DNA of 40,034 nt, from assembly GCA_047638435.1 (NCBI GenBank), contig JBLILW010000001.1, positions 1-40,034 on the forward strand, in the 5' to 3' direction. The DNA is from Urechidicola sp. (GTDB lineage Bacteria; Pseudomonadota; Gammaproteobacteria; GCA-001735895). Below, piece by piece: positions 19,141 through 28,283 of the stretch. The position numbers and the translations under genes were made by a program. The notes beneath the pieces were generated by a model. It was not told the DNA's origin. It ran no database searches and was given only the letters and a program-made list of their open reading frames with translations. Position 1 is the first letter of the stretch; each line of letters begins with the position of its first letter.

Positions 19141-20487
19141 ATGATGACAGAACCGACGTCATGCCAGGCAACACTCATAGCTGCACCTTCGTCAGGACAA
19201 GGTAAGACTATTTTCTGCGCGGCATTTGCCAGGCAGCTGAGGAATAAGGGGCTACGTGTACAAGTATTCAAACTGGGTCCAGATTATCTGGACCCAACGA
19301 TTCATGAAGTCGCCAGTGGCAAGGTCGTTTATAACCTCGATTTATGGGTAATGGGCGAACAGCATTGCCTCGAATTATTGACAAAAGCCTCGGTTTATAA
19401 TGATGTTATTTTAGTAGAGAGCGTGATGGGGTTGCATGACAATCAACCCAGCAATGCAATACTTTGCCAACTATTCGGTCTACCTATTACTTTAATTCTT
19501 GATGTGGCTAAGTTTGCTCAAACGGCAGCTGCCATCGTATCGGGAATGCGCCTATTTGATGTGGGTGCAAATATTACCGCTGTTATTGGTAATAAAGTGG
19601 GAAGTGACAACCATGACTTATTAATGTCACATGCCATTGGTGATTGTTATGCGGGGAGTATTCGGCGTGATACACGGTTTGAAATTGCTCAGCGCCATTT
19701 AGGTCTGGTCCAAGCGGGCGATATTAAAAACTTAGATAAACAGCTCGATCAGGCTGCAGATGCGCTTGATGAGTTTGAAATTTCTGTGCCTCTGACTAAT
19801 ATAATCTTTTCATCTCCAAACTCATTTTTTAAAATTTCAGATAATGCTCGCTCGCTCGAAGGCAAAACAATTGCTATTGCCAGAGACGCTGCGTTTAGCT
19901 TTATCTATCCGATGAACGAACAGGTGTTGGAAGAAGCGGGTGCCAAGCTAAGTTACTTTTCACCACTCGAGAATGACCTTGTACCCGAGTGTGATGCGCT
20001 CTGGATACCCGGTGGTTATCCAGAGTTGCACCTCGACGAATTGTCAAATTCAGATCAAACACGAATTAGCATTTTTGATCACCATTGTCAAAATAAACCA
20101 ATTCTAGCTGAATGTGGTGGCATGATGTATCTGTGCAATAGTATTCTCAATACCGCTGGTGAATATGGAAGAGTCTGCGGTATCTTGAACGCTAGTTGTG
20201 AAATGAAAACTCGTTTTCAAAGCGTTGGTTTACAGGCTGTGAATTATGGGCAGGGTGAGATCAGAGGACATTCATTTCATCATTCTAAAATTTTTTCTAG
20301 CGTTGGCTCTAACGTGACCCCTGAAATATATGCCACCCGTCAGGATGGTAATCAGGGAGAGGCAGTGTATAAAATTGGTAATAGCAGACTTAGCTATATG
20401 CATCACTATTTCGCATCAAATAGTGATGCGAGTGCTTTACTTTTTTTGAGTTCTGATTGTTCATTTTCAAACGTTAACAACACCTGA
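19141..20487 (+). CDS. cobB: Cobyrinic acid a,c-diamide synthase (CobB/CbiA)
   Basis: 448 aa. N-terminal P-loop-like AAPSSGQGKT, DYLDP, and a C-terminal glutamine amidotransferase part (ILAECGGMMYL, GHSFHHS). Starts 6 nt after the preceding stop. Confidence 0.88.
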   Translation: MMTEPTSCQATLIAAPSSGQGKTIFCAAFARQLRNKGLRVQVFKLGPDYLDPTIHEVASGKVVYNLDLWVMGEQHCLELLTKASVYNDVILVESVMGLHDNQPSNAILCQLFGLPITLILDVAKFAQTAAAIVSGMRLFDVGANITAVIGNKVGSDNHDLLMSHAIGDCYAGSIRRDTRFEIAQRHLGLVQAGDIKNLDKQLDQAADALDEFEISVPLTNIIFSSPNSFFKISDNARSLEGKTIAIARDAAFSFIYPMNEQVLEEAGAKLSYFSPLENDLVPECDALWIPGGYPELHLDELSNSDQTRISIFDHHCQNKPILAECGGMMYLCNSILNTAGEYGRVCGILNASCEMKTRFQSVGLQAVNYGQGEIRGHSFHHSKIFSSVGSNVTPEIYATRQDGNQGEAVYKIGNSRLSYMHHYFASNSDASALLFLSSDCSFSNVNNT

Positions 20488-20640
20488 TAAATGCCTAGGC
20501 TTTGGATGACAGGCGTCACACATTAGTTTCAATTATAGATCTATATCGTTTTACTCCGCTATTTAATTTTCTTCAACTGCTCAAAATTGGAGCTGTATCA
20601 TTACGAGTTCTAAGATGTTAGGTTAGTAAAGGGATTCCTG

Positions 20641-20658
20641 ATGCTTTAAATAAAGCAT
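20641..20658. promoter_or_regulatory. Perfect 8-bp-arm palindrome ATGCTTTA-AA-TAAAGCAT, 62 nt upstream of the first BCCT gene
   Basis: Read directly from the sequence. It sits between the likely promoter region and the AAGGAG Shine-Dalgarno. Function unknown (operator or 5'-UTR hairpin). Confidence 0.3.
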
Positions 20659-20720
20659 GTAACTTTATCTATATTTTTCATAGAGGTTCGTATCGTACAT
20701 TTAATAAACAAGGAGATTTT

Positions 20721-22322
20721 ATGAATAGCCAGCCAGAAGAAGATTATGAAATTGGGCAGGACAATATTACCCCGTTTGGGTTTGATATACACAACCCAGT
20801 TTTCTTAATATCCGGTATATCTATCGTTGCTTTTGTTATCATTACATTAATGTTTCAACATGGGGCGGCTGAATTTTTTGCCTGGTTACGGTCTACAATC
20901 ACTAGTAATTTTTCCTGGCTCTTCCTTTCGGCAGGTAACATTTTTGTCCTCTTTGCACTTGTTGTCTGTGTTTCTCCGTTAGGCAGGGTTCGCTTAGGTG
21001 GGCAGGAAGCAAAACCTGATTATGGTTATGTTGGTTGGTTTGCGATGTTGTTTGCTGCTGGTATGGGCATCGGACTTATGTTTTTCGGTGTCTCAGAGCC
21101 AATGTCACATTTCGGCTCCTCAATGGGAGGGATAGCAGTAGGTGAGAATGGTGTCCGTACTGACTGGGCGCCACTGGGTGCCGCTGCAGGAGACATTGCA
21201 GCAGCTAAAGATTTGGCAATGGCTGCGACTATTTACCATTGGGGACTTCACCCTTGGTCAATGTACGCCGTTGTGGGTTTGGCGTTAGCATTCTTCTCCT
21301 TTAACTGTAATTTACCACTGACTTTACGTTCTGCTTTTTACCCACTACTAAAAGAAAGGGTATGGGGCTGGCCGGGTCATATGATCGATATAATAGCCGT
21401 ATTTGCGACATTATTTGGTTTGGCGACATCACTCGGATTTGGTACACAGCAAGCACTGGCAGGATTCAGTTATTTATATAGTTGGGGTACAGGAAGTGTG
21501 GCAATGGTGATACTCATCGGCTGCATTACCGCCCTCGCAATGATATCGGTTATCCGAGGTTTGGATGGCGGTGTGAAAATTCTGTCTGAAATTAATATGG
21601 GTCTCGCACTACTGCTGTTGCTAGTCATTCTGTTTCTAGGGCCTACTGCCGAGATTCTCTCCACCTTGATGTCTGGTGCTGGTGCTTATGTAACAGAGTT
21701 TATTCCACTATCAATGCCATTTGGGCGTGAAGACGTTAACTTTTCTCAGGGCTGGACTTCTTTCTACTGGGCCTGGTGGATTTCATGGTCACCATTTGTA
21801 GGTATGTTTATCGCCCGAGTATCGCGTGGTCGAACTGTACGAGAATTCTTGATTTGCGTTATTTTGGTTCCAACCATACTTTGTATCGTATGGATGGCAA
21901 CTTTTGGTGGAACCGCTGTCACTCAGGTTATTGCAGATGCCGCAGCGCCAGTTGCTTCTGCAGCACAGGAAATAAAATTATTCCATATGCTTGCAGACTT
22001 TCCATTGTCAGGAGTCTTATCTTTAATTGGTATTATTCTAGTCTTAGTTTTCTTCGTAACATCGTCCGATTCTGGGTCACTGGTTATTGATACCATCACC
22101 GCCGGTGGTAAAACAGATGCACCCGTTTCACAGCGTGTTTTTTGGTGTGTATTCGAAGGATTGGTTGCCGCTGTACTGTTGTTGGTCGGTGGTGCTGAAG
22201 CATTGAGTGCTCTACAGGCGATGGCAGTATCAACCGGATTGCCATTCACCATAGTTTTACTTGTGATGTGTGTCAGCCTTTGGATTGGGCTTAGCAAGGC
22301 AAGTAAGGAACTTTCCAAGTAA
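20721..22322 (+). CDS. BCCT-family transporter (betaine/choline/carnitine type)
   Basis: 533 aa. WTSFYWAWWISWSPFVGMFIARVSRGRTVREF is the BCCT signature. AAGGAG lies 6 nt upstream of the ATG. Confidence 0.92.
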   Translation: MNSQPEEDYEIGQDNITPFGFDIHNPVFLISGISIVAFVIITLMFQHGAAEFFAWLRSTITSNFSWLFLSAGNIFVLFALVVCVSPLGRVRLGGQEAKPDYGYVGWFAMLFAAGMGIGLMFFGVSEPMSHFGSSMGGIAVGENGVRTDWAPLGAAAGDIAAAKDLAMAATIYHWGLHPWSMYAVVGLALAFFSFNCNLPLTLRSAFYPLLKERVWGWPGHMIDIIAVFATLFGLATSLGFGTQQALAGFSYLYSWGTGSVAMVILIGCITALAMISVIRGLDGGVKILSEINMGLALLLLLVILFLGPTAEILSTLMSGAGAYVTEFIPLSMPFGREDVNFSQGWTSFYWAWWISWSPFVGMFIARVSRGRTVREFLICVILVPTILCIVWMATFGGTAVTQVIADAAAPVASAAQEIKLFHMLADFPLSGVLSLIGIILVLVFFVTSSDSGSLVIDTITAGGKTDAPVSQRVFWCVFEGLVAAVLLLVGGAEALSALQAMAVSTGLPFTIVLLVMCVSLWIGLSKASKELSK

Positions 22323-22349
22323 GTTCCCTTTATCGTTGTAAATTTAAAC

Positions 22350-22375
22350 CCCGCTCTTTGCAGCGGGATTTTTTT
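22350..22375 (+). terminator. Intrinsic terminator after the first BCCT gene
   Basis: Stem CCCGCT (22350-22355) pairs with AGCGGG (22362-22367), followed by seven T (22369-22375). Confidence 0.8.
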
Positions 22376-22710
22376 GTCTATTGAACTAGACGACTCCGTC
22401 TAATTGAAAGGAGTTAGATTCGTCTGACTTTATGGGAGGTAATTCGAATAGGGTATAAAGTAAATGGTATATCTAAGAGGGCATTCATTTCATCATTCGA
22501 AATCCTCCCAAGTTTAGAACTTTACTGGATTTGATTTAATCTCCGAATGATTCTCGAACCAACAGGATGCTAGTCGGAATGGGCGTTGTATAGCTTGGAT
22601 AATACCAGCCTCAGTTATAGCCATCATTAGGTTACATCAAGCCTCGCCTTGAGTTCATCACTATTTTAAGGTGCGAATTGAAACCCATATGAAAATATTG
22701 CAGTTGAGTG

Positions 22711-23580
22711 CTAAACCGTAAATCTTTTGATCACCGTATCAACAAATGCCGAGCCTGCAGGCGACAGACTGCGATCAGTGGGTGTGATGATGCCGATAGT
22801 GCGATACAGGTTTATGTATTCCAGGGCTAGGAATACAACATCTTTTCGATCTGCAGAGACTGCTAGCCTGGGCAATGTCGTAATGCCAACACCTTCGGCA
22901 ATCATCGCCAGCAACGAGGTCGTGTTTTGAACGTCGATATCAGCCGAAGTAACGATGGATTGAAATTCTTCGTTCTGAATGTAGTGACAAGTGCCATTAG
23001 CAATGAAAGTTTCACGTCTGATGTCCGACCAGGTTAATGGTCTGTTGAGTGAAGCCAGTGGATGTGAACGATTGCAAACAACACCAATTGGATCGGTTAA
23101 TAAGTTTTGACATTTGACGGCTAGAATTTCTTTTCGAGGACTGACGATACCAATATCGATGTCGCCTTTTTCAATTAAACTGTAAATGTGTGCTGAACTG
23201 TTGTCTCTAATAGATACGGTAATATTTGGATGAGATGCGATGAATTCAGTCAGTAAGCCGGGTAAGTAGCAATTGGCAAAGGAGGGCACTGCAGCAATAT
23301 CAACCCGACCAAAGCCGTTGCGAGCATAGGCGTGCATACTGGCAATCGAGATGTCGTACCGTTTTATTTGTTCGCTGGCGACTTCAAAAACATAGGCACC
23401 AAAAGGTGTGAGCCGAGATTTACTGTCTGACTCAAATAGTGGATGACCGAATGCGCTTTCCAGATTGGTCGTTGTCATTGATATCGCAGAGGGTGATCGA
23501 AAAAGGCGCTTTGCTGCGGCACTGATACTACCAAGTTCGGCTACTGCGACAAAGCAGCGTAAATGTTCTTGTTTAATCAT
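22711..23580 (-). CDS. LysR-family transcriptional regulator, divergent from the second BCCT gene
   Basis: 289 aa. HLRCFVAVAELGSISAAAKRLFRSPSAISMTTTNLE wHTH plus a LysR substrate-binding domain. Confidence 0.88.
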   Translation of the reverse strand: MIKQEHLRCFVAVAELGSISAAAKRLFRSPSAISMTTTNLESAFGHPLFESDSKSRLTPFGAYVFEVASEQIKRYDISIASMHAYARNGFGRVDIAAVPSFANCYLPGLLTEFIASHPNITVSIRDNSSAHIYSLIEKGDIDIGIVSPRKEILAVKCQNLLTDPIGVVCNRSHPLASLNRPLTWSDIRRETFIANGTCHYIQNEEFQSIVTSADIDVQNTTSLLAMIAEGVGITTLPRLAVSADRKDVVFLALEYINLYRTIGIITPTDRSLSPAGSAFVDTVIKRFTV

Positions 23581-23918
23581 TACTTACTTCGCCACGTGGG
23601 TGATTCAGATTTACTGAAAACTATAACAGGTTTTTCTAATTGCCTGAATATGAACCATGTTTATTAATAATAGCGAGTATTTGAATCACAGTTTGGAAGG
23701 CAGTAGCGCAGGGAGTTATAGACAATTTTGTTCTAAGTTGTCAGCTTCACCCGGTAATGGAGTACCCAAATACTAAAAATTGGCCTGAGCTGGGTGGTGA
23801 TGTGGAAATTTTTCGAGATCGTAGAATAGTCATATATTGCGTCGTATTTCCGGCCTAAATTGTGCTTCTGATGGTTCACATCTATAAAAATAGTATTAAA
23901 AGACAATTAAAATAAATC

Positions 23919-23933
23919 GATTCAAATTGAATC
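23919..23933. promoter_or_regulatory. Perfect palindrome GATTCAA-A-TTGAATC, 34 nt upstream of the second BCCT gene
   Basis: Read directly from the sequence. Lies in the divergent LysR/BCCT intergenic region. TTGAAT half-sites resemble TetR/BetI-type or LysR (T-N11-A) operators. Confidence 0.3.
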
Positions 23934-23967
23934 ATTTGCAGTATAAATAGATAAAGGCGAGAATATC

Positions 23968-25725
23968 TTGGCTATTTCACCACCGTTAAAAGAACTCAAT
24001 ATAGGGCTGTCGAAAGACGGGTTCTATAGTGGGTTTAATAGTTTAGTCGCACTGGCATCGAAGCTTATCATTGCCTTGATCGTTATTTGGTGTGTTTATG
24101 ATCCAGAAGCCGCAGGCACAGTCCTCGGTAATATGAAAAGTTGGTCGTTTGCCCATCTGAATTATTATTACACCTGGGCAGTGGCATTCTTCATTATTGT
24201 TTGCATCATCATTTCGGTTCACCCTAAGTGGGGGAAGATTAAGTTAGGTGTTGGTGACGAAAAGCAAGATTTTTCAAATTTCTCATGGTTTTCGATGATG
24301 TTCGGTGCCGGTATTGGAATGCTGGGTTATGCGTCTGGTGAACCAATGTGGCATATTGCCGACAATCCAGATATTCGAATGAGTGCACAGTCAGTTAAAG
24401 CTGCATTTAGTGTTTCTGGTATCACACTAGCCGAGGGTGTTGATATTTCGGTTGAATATAGTGCACAGGTGGCTGCGGGTACTATAGGTGCCATTGATGG
24501 GCTCGTTATGCCTAAAACAGAATCGGCACTAGAGTCGGTTTACAAATACTCATTTTTGCACTGGGGTATTGGTGCCTGGTCCTGTTATGCATTAGTGGGA
24601 ATTGCCCTTTCGTTCTTCAGCTATTCACGCGGATTACCCTTAACGATTCGTTCAACGCTTACCCCTTAGTTTGGTAAATCACTGGAAGGCAATCTCGGTC
24701 ACATCGTTGACGTGACTGCAATCGTGGCGACTATTCTAGGCATTTCTCAAAACATAGGCTTGGGTCTGGCGTCATTTTCGTCAGGTCTATACAACATCAC
24801 CGGTACAGAATGGCTTATGTCAAGCGAGGGCGGGCCTTCGACGGCATCTCTTCTGATTGCATTGGCTGTTGTTATGGTCTGTTCGACTTTGTCAGCACTA
24901 TCGGGTGTTGGTAAAGGAATTAAATGGTTGAGTAATATCAACATGGTTCTATCTTTTGGCCTGCTAATATTCTTCGCGATTTTTGGTTCTACAATGCTTG
25001 TGATGGAATTATTTGGCAAAGGTATTTTTACTTATGTTATTAACCTACCAGCATTAACTTTCACTGTATTCCCTGCAGATGGCTCTGGCAGTCCTGCTGA
25101 GTCGCAAGGCTGGTGGTCTATCTTTTATTGGGCGTGGTGGATTGCTTTCGCACCTTTCGTTGGTATCTTCTTGGCGCGTATATCTAAGAACCGAACCATC
25201 CGTGAGTTCGCCCTGGGCGCGATAATCGCACCTTCATTAATGTGTTTTCATTGGTTTTCACTACTAGGTGGAACTGCGATTGATCTTGAATTGAGTGGTG
25301 TTGCAGAAGGTGCAATTTTTGCGAAAAGCTTTACAGCACAGCTCTATGAAGTGGTCAATGTTATGTTAGATTCGGGTAAGGGCATCATGTTCTTCTTGAT
25401 TGTAGTCTTGCTACTGACTTACCTTGTAACTTCAGTGGATTCAGCGGTACTCGTGGTTAATACGATTAGTGCTGGTGGTTCATCAGAGTCTGCGGGTAAA
25501 GCCCACATCATTATCTGGGGACTTATCTTAACCGCGGTGATCGCTTCGTTATTATTGGCTGGTTGTTTAAACGCAATCTAGGCAGCGATGATTGTCGGCG
25601 CAATACCCTTCTCGTTTATGATGATCCTGATGGGTATCGCGTTGCTTAAAGCGTTATACAGTGATGGACTTAGAGACAAGGAAGGTGAGGATGTGAGTGG
25701 CGAGCTGAGTATGCAATCAGTTTAA
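23968..25725 (+). pseudogene. Second BCCT-family transporter gene, single frame, interrupted by two in-frame TAG codons
   Basis: Track ORFs 23968-24669 and 24712-25581 and the tail to TAA 25723-25725 are all in the same frame (585 codons). TAG at 24667-24669 aligns with the conserved Leu of RS..P-L-L-G. TAG at 25579-25581 aligns with the conserved Gln of GG..AL-Q, judged against the intact paralogue at 20721. The signature WSIFYWAWWIAFAPFVGIFLARISKNRTIREF is intact. Confidence 0.8.
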
Positions 25726-25783
25726 TCCTTTTGATCATAACCTGATCTGGTAGTCAGGGTATCAATCAGTTGTTAATCTTAAA

Positions 25784-25809
25784 ACCGCCACTTTTAGTGG
25801 CGGTTTTTT
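25784..25809 (+). terminator. Intrinsic terminator after the second BCCT gene
   Basis: Stem ACCGCCACT (25784-25792) pairs with AGTGGCGGT (25796-25804), 3-nt loop, then a T-run to 25809. Confidence 0.85.
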
Positions 25810-26192
25810 GCGTAAAAATGGAAGTTTTTTTTGTTCTGCCAATAGATGAACGTCTTTCGAACTCGAGAGATTTCAGCACCATTTAAAAAAAATTCTGTAT
25901 TGTCGCTCTTAGGAATAGAATGCTGATAGTTTTACGCAGTGTTGGATCTACTTAGAAGTATGCCATGACTTAACTTGGAATCGATCAGCCCAGTCATTCC
26001 CGGCCGTATTCTAGTGTCATTGACGGGGCTTGTTGATGCCGCTAGTTTTCCTGAGACATGTCAAGGATGGGCAGCGATACTGATCTCAGGCATTACATTT
26101 TCGTTAGTCTATGGGCTGTTTTTTTGCCGTCGAAAACATCATTGGAACAACCCGCGTTTCCACTTTGAGTATCTCCGAACCCATCAGGTTCA

Positions 26193-27185
26193 TCACTTAT
26201 TGTCCTGTATCTTGAAATCAGGTACATAGCGACTAAAGGTGCTGCCCGACATAAAACCAAAAATAAGACGTCGGGTTTTGTACCAGAAAGTACCGAAAAA
26301 TATAATGAACACCCCAAGAACCATCAATATATAAATCATCAAATTCTGACTATTATTGAATTGTCCCTGTACGAGTTGGGTAAGCGCATAAATCATATAT
26401 ATCTGGGTCGAAATAAGCATCGCTCGTCGATCCAGCATCAATGCCAGTAGCATAAAAACAATAAAAAAGACGACGATGATAATCTCTTTATTGATGACTT
26501 GAAGCCAGGCATGGTCTCCAAATAGCATCGACAACATGGCACCGTGCACAATTAAAGGAGAGGCGAGTAAATGAAGCCAGAATGCACTATCACTGAGGTG
26601 GGTTTCCCGTTTGGTATCTTGGCTGTCAAAAAGCATCGCTACCGTAAATACGACTAATCCTAAGATTGAAAAAATAATGGGGGCTGACAATACTGATTCC
26701 CCAATCATGATAGTCGCTATCGCTATCAGTGCACCAGCAAGAGGCAGCAGACTAAACGGCATTTTGTAGCGAACATAAAACGCCAGACTCGTGGCAGCGA
26801 TTAGGGCAAAGGACCAAATAGCCGATTGTTCACTCCCAATGTTAATCGCCTGATGTACAAAAAATAGAATTCCGATCAGAATTGCCATGCCTGGCAAGGC
26901 TAGTTTTCGAACTCGGACTAGCCATTCAGCTATTAGGATAAAGCCAATGATAGGGACTAGATATTCGTACTGCGAAAGCCCTAGCATGTTGATTGCAAAT
27001 ATGAGTATGCCTATACCAAATGTGATAAAAACATCGCCAAAGCTTCGAATGAACTTTAAAGGCTCTTCCTGGTTGGCGGTTGTTTCGACAGTATTATCAC
27101 CAAGAAAATCGAACAACGGCTCGATTTGATTATTTTGGATAATACCCTTGTCGGCAGCCTGTTGTAATCGTTGTTTGGAGATCAT
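26193..27185 (-). CDS. Hypothetical multipass inner-membrane protein with a soluble N-terminal helix (possibly DUF2157-like)
   Basis: 330 aa. About 40 polar N-terminal residues, then roughly 9-10 hydrophobic segments. I recognise no catalytic motif. Confidence 0.6.
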   Translation of the reverse strand: MISKQRLQQAADKGIIQNNQIEPLFDFLGDNTVETTANQEEPLKFIRSFGDVFITFGIGILIFAINMLGLSQYEYLVPIIGFILIAEWLVRVRKLALPGMAILIGILFFVHQAINIGSEQSAIWSFALIAATSLAFYVRYKMPFSLLPLAGALIAIATIMIGESVLSAPIIFSILGLVVFTVAMLFDSQDTKRETHLSDSAFWLHLLASPLIVHGAMLSMLFGDHAWLQVINKEIIIVVFFIVFMLLALMLDRRAMLISTQIYMIYALTQLVQGQFNNSQNLMIYILMVLGVFIIFFGTFWYKTRRLIFGFMSGSTFSRYVPDFKIQDNK

Positions 27186-27400
27186 GGGGGAGATTAGTTT
27201 TTAAAGCAGATTAGTATAAGGGCAGCTATAAAAATAGAAAGTGGCATAAAGAAAAATATGGGTTAGAGAAAGGTTCGGTTCTGAGAGAATTTGTTAACTG
27301 TTCTCATTCCATTGTGGGCGCTGATAGCCTGATCATTGTCTATATCAGGCTAAAATTAAAGGTCAAATTAGAATAAATATAAAATCATTCAAATACATTT

Positions 27401-28174
27401 TTATGACTCGACAAAAGCACGCTCGGTCACGAACTGGCCCAGAACACCTTGTCGCGTTTCGGTAAATCCATGGCTATTAAGCATACCGCTTAAATCCTTC
27501 AGCATGGCTGGACTACCGCAAATCATAAACCGGTCATCTTCGATATTAGGCTTGGGCAAGCCCAGATCAAGAAAAAGCTTTCCTGACTTCATCAGTTCAG
27601 TCAAGCGGCCATTGTTTCGATAGGGTTCACGTGTAACCGTCGGATAATAGAGTAGTTTCTCGCGAACACTGTCGCCAAAGTAGGGGTTGTTTGGCAATTG
27701 GTTTTCGATTAAGTCCTGATAAGCCAGCTCTGACTTCCAGCGCACACTGTGGGTTAAAATGATTCGGTCAAAGTTGTCATAAATTTCAGGGTCTTTAATA
27801 ATACTCATGAACGGCGCAAGCCCTGTACCAGTACTAAGTAGATAAAGGTTTTTGCCTGGCAGTAAGCCATCAGTTACTAGTGTTCCAGTCGGTTTTTGAC
27901 TCATCAGAATTTGGTCGCCAACGGCTAGATTTTGTAGTTTTGATGTCAGTGGCCCATCCGCTACTTTAATACTGAAAAACTCCATTTCATCTTCATGGTT
28001 TGCGCTCGCAATACTATAGGCGCGCATCAACGGCCCAGTTTCCTGCTGTAGGCCAATCATAATGAAATGGCCATTTTTGAATCGAAATCCGGGGTTGCGA
28101 GTGCTGGTAAAGCTAAACAAACTTTCGTTCCAATGGTGAACACCGGTAATTTGTTCGGTGTTGTATGACTTCAT
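27401..28174 (-). CDS. fpr: Ferredoxin-NADP+ reductase (subclass I bacterial Fpr)
   Basis: 257 aa. Near-collinear with Azotobacter/Pseudomonas Fpr: VHHWNESLFSFTSTRNPGFRFKNGHFIMIGL, RAYSIAS, LSTGTGLAPFMS, and C-terminal ERAFVES. Confidence 0.92.
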   Translation of the reverse strand: MKSYNTEQITGVHHWNESLFSFTSTRNPGFRFKNGHFIMIGLQQETGPLMRAYSIASANHEDEMEFFSIKVADGPLTSKLQNLAVGDQILMSQKPTGTLVTDGLLPGKNLYLLSTGTGLAPFMSIIKDPEIYDNFDRIILTHSVRWKSELAYQDLIENQLPNNPYFGDSVREKLLYYPTVTREPYRNNGRLTELMKSGKLFLDLGLPKPNIEDDRFMICGSPAMLKDLSGMLNSHGFTETRQGVLGQFVTERAFVES

Positions 28175-28283
28175 TTCTATGACCTAATGTTATTAAATAC
28201 CTTATTCTATTGTATATTTACTATATCTGTAAAACAGGTTAAATTGATATCATTAATATGTTTTATGAATATATGAGAATGTT

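Noticed and set aside
23968-25725. Reading the two in-frame TAG codons of the BCCT gene as programmed recoding (pyrrolysine or another amber reassignment).
   Set aside because: TAG clearly terminates several well-supported genes in this same window (cobL, cobK, tctC, tctB, the FMN dehydrogenase, the LysR at 22711). No pyl genes or suppressor tRNA are visible here. Both TAGs are one mutation away from the conserved Leu and Gln codons. A plain recent pseudogene is the economical reading.
25975-26229. 84-aa plus-strand ORF whose end (FFCRRKHHWNNPRFHFEYLRTHQVHH) faintly resembles the His boxes of fatty-acid hydroxylase/desaturase-family proteins. It could be a gene fragment.
   Set aside because: The similarity is limited to a spaced-His pattern. 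The start is TTG. The ORF overlaps the 3' end of the convergent membrane-protein gene and stops 8 codons after the HxxHH. That is too thin to call even as a pseudogene.
27325-27352. Perfect 9-bp hairpin, TAGCCTGAT-N10-ATCAGGCTA, between fpr and the membrane-protein gene, considered as the fpr terminator.
   Set aside because: No U-tract follows it on either strand, so it is not a classical intrinsic terminator. It may still be a transcript-stabilising or Rho-related structure, but I cannot support a call.
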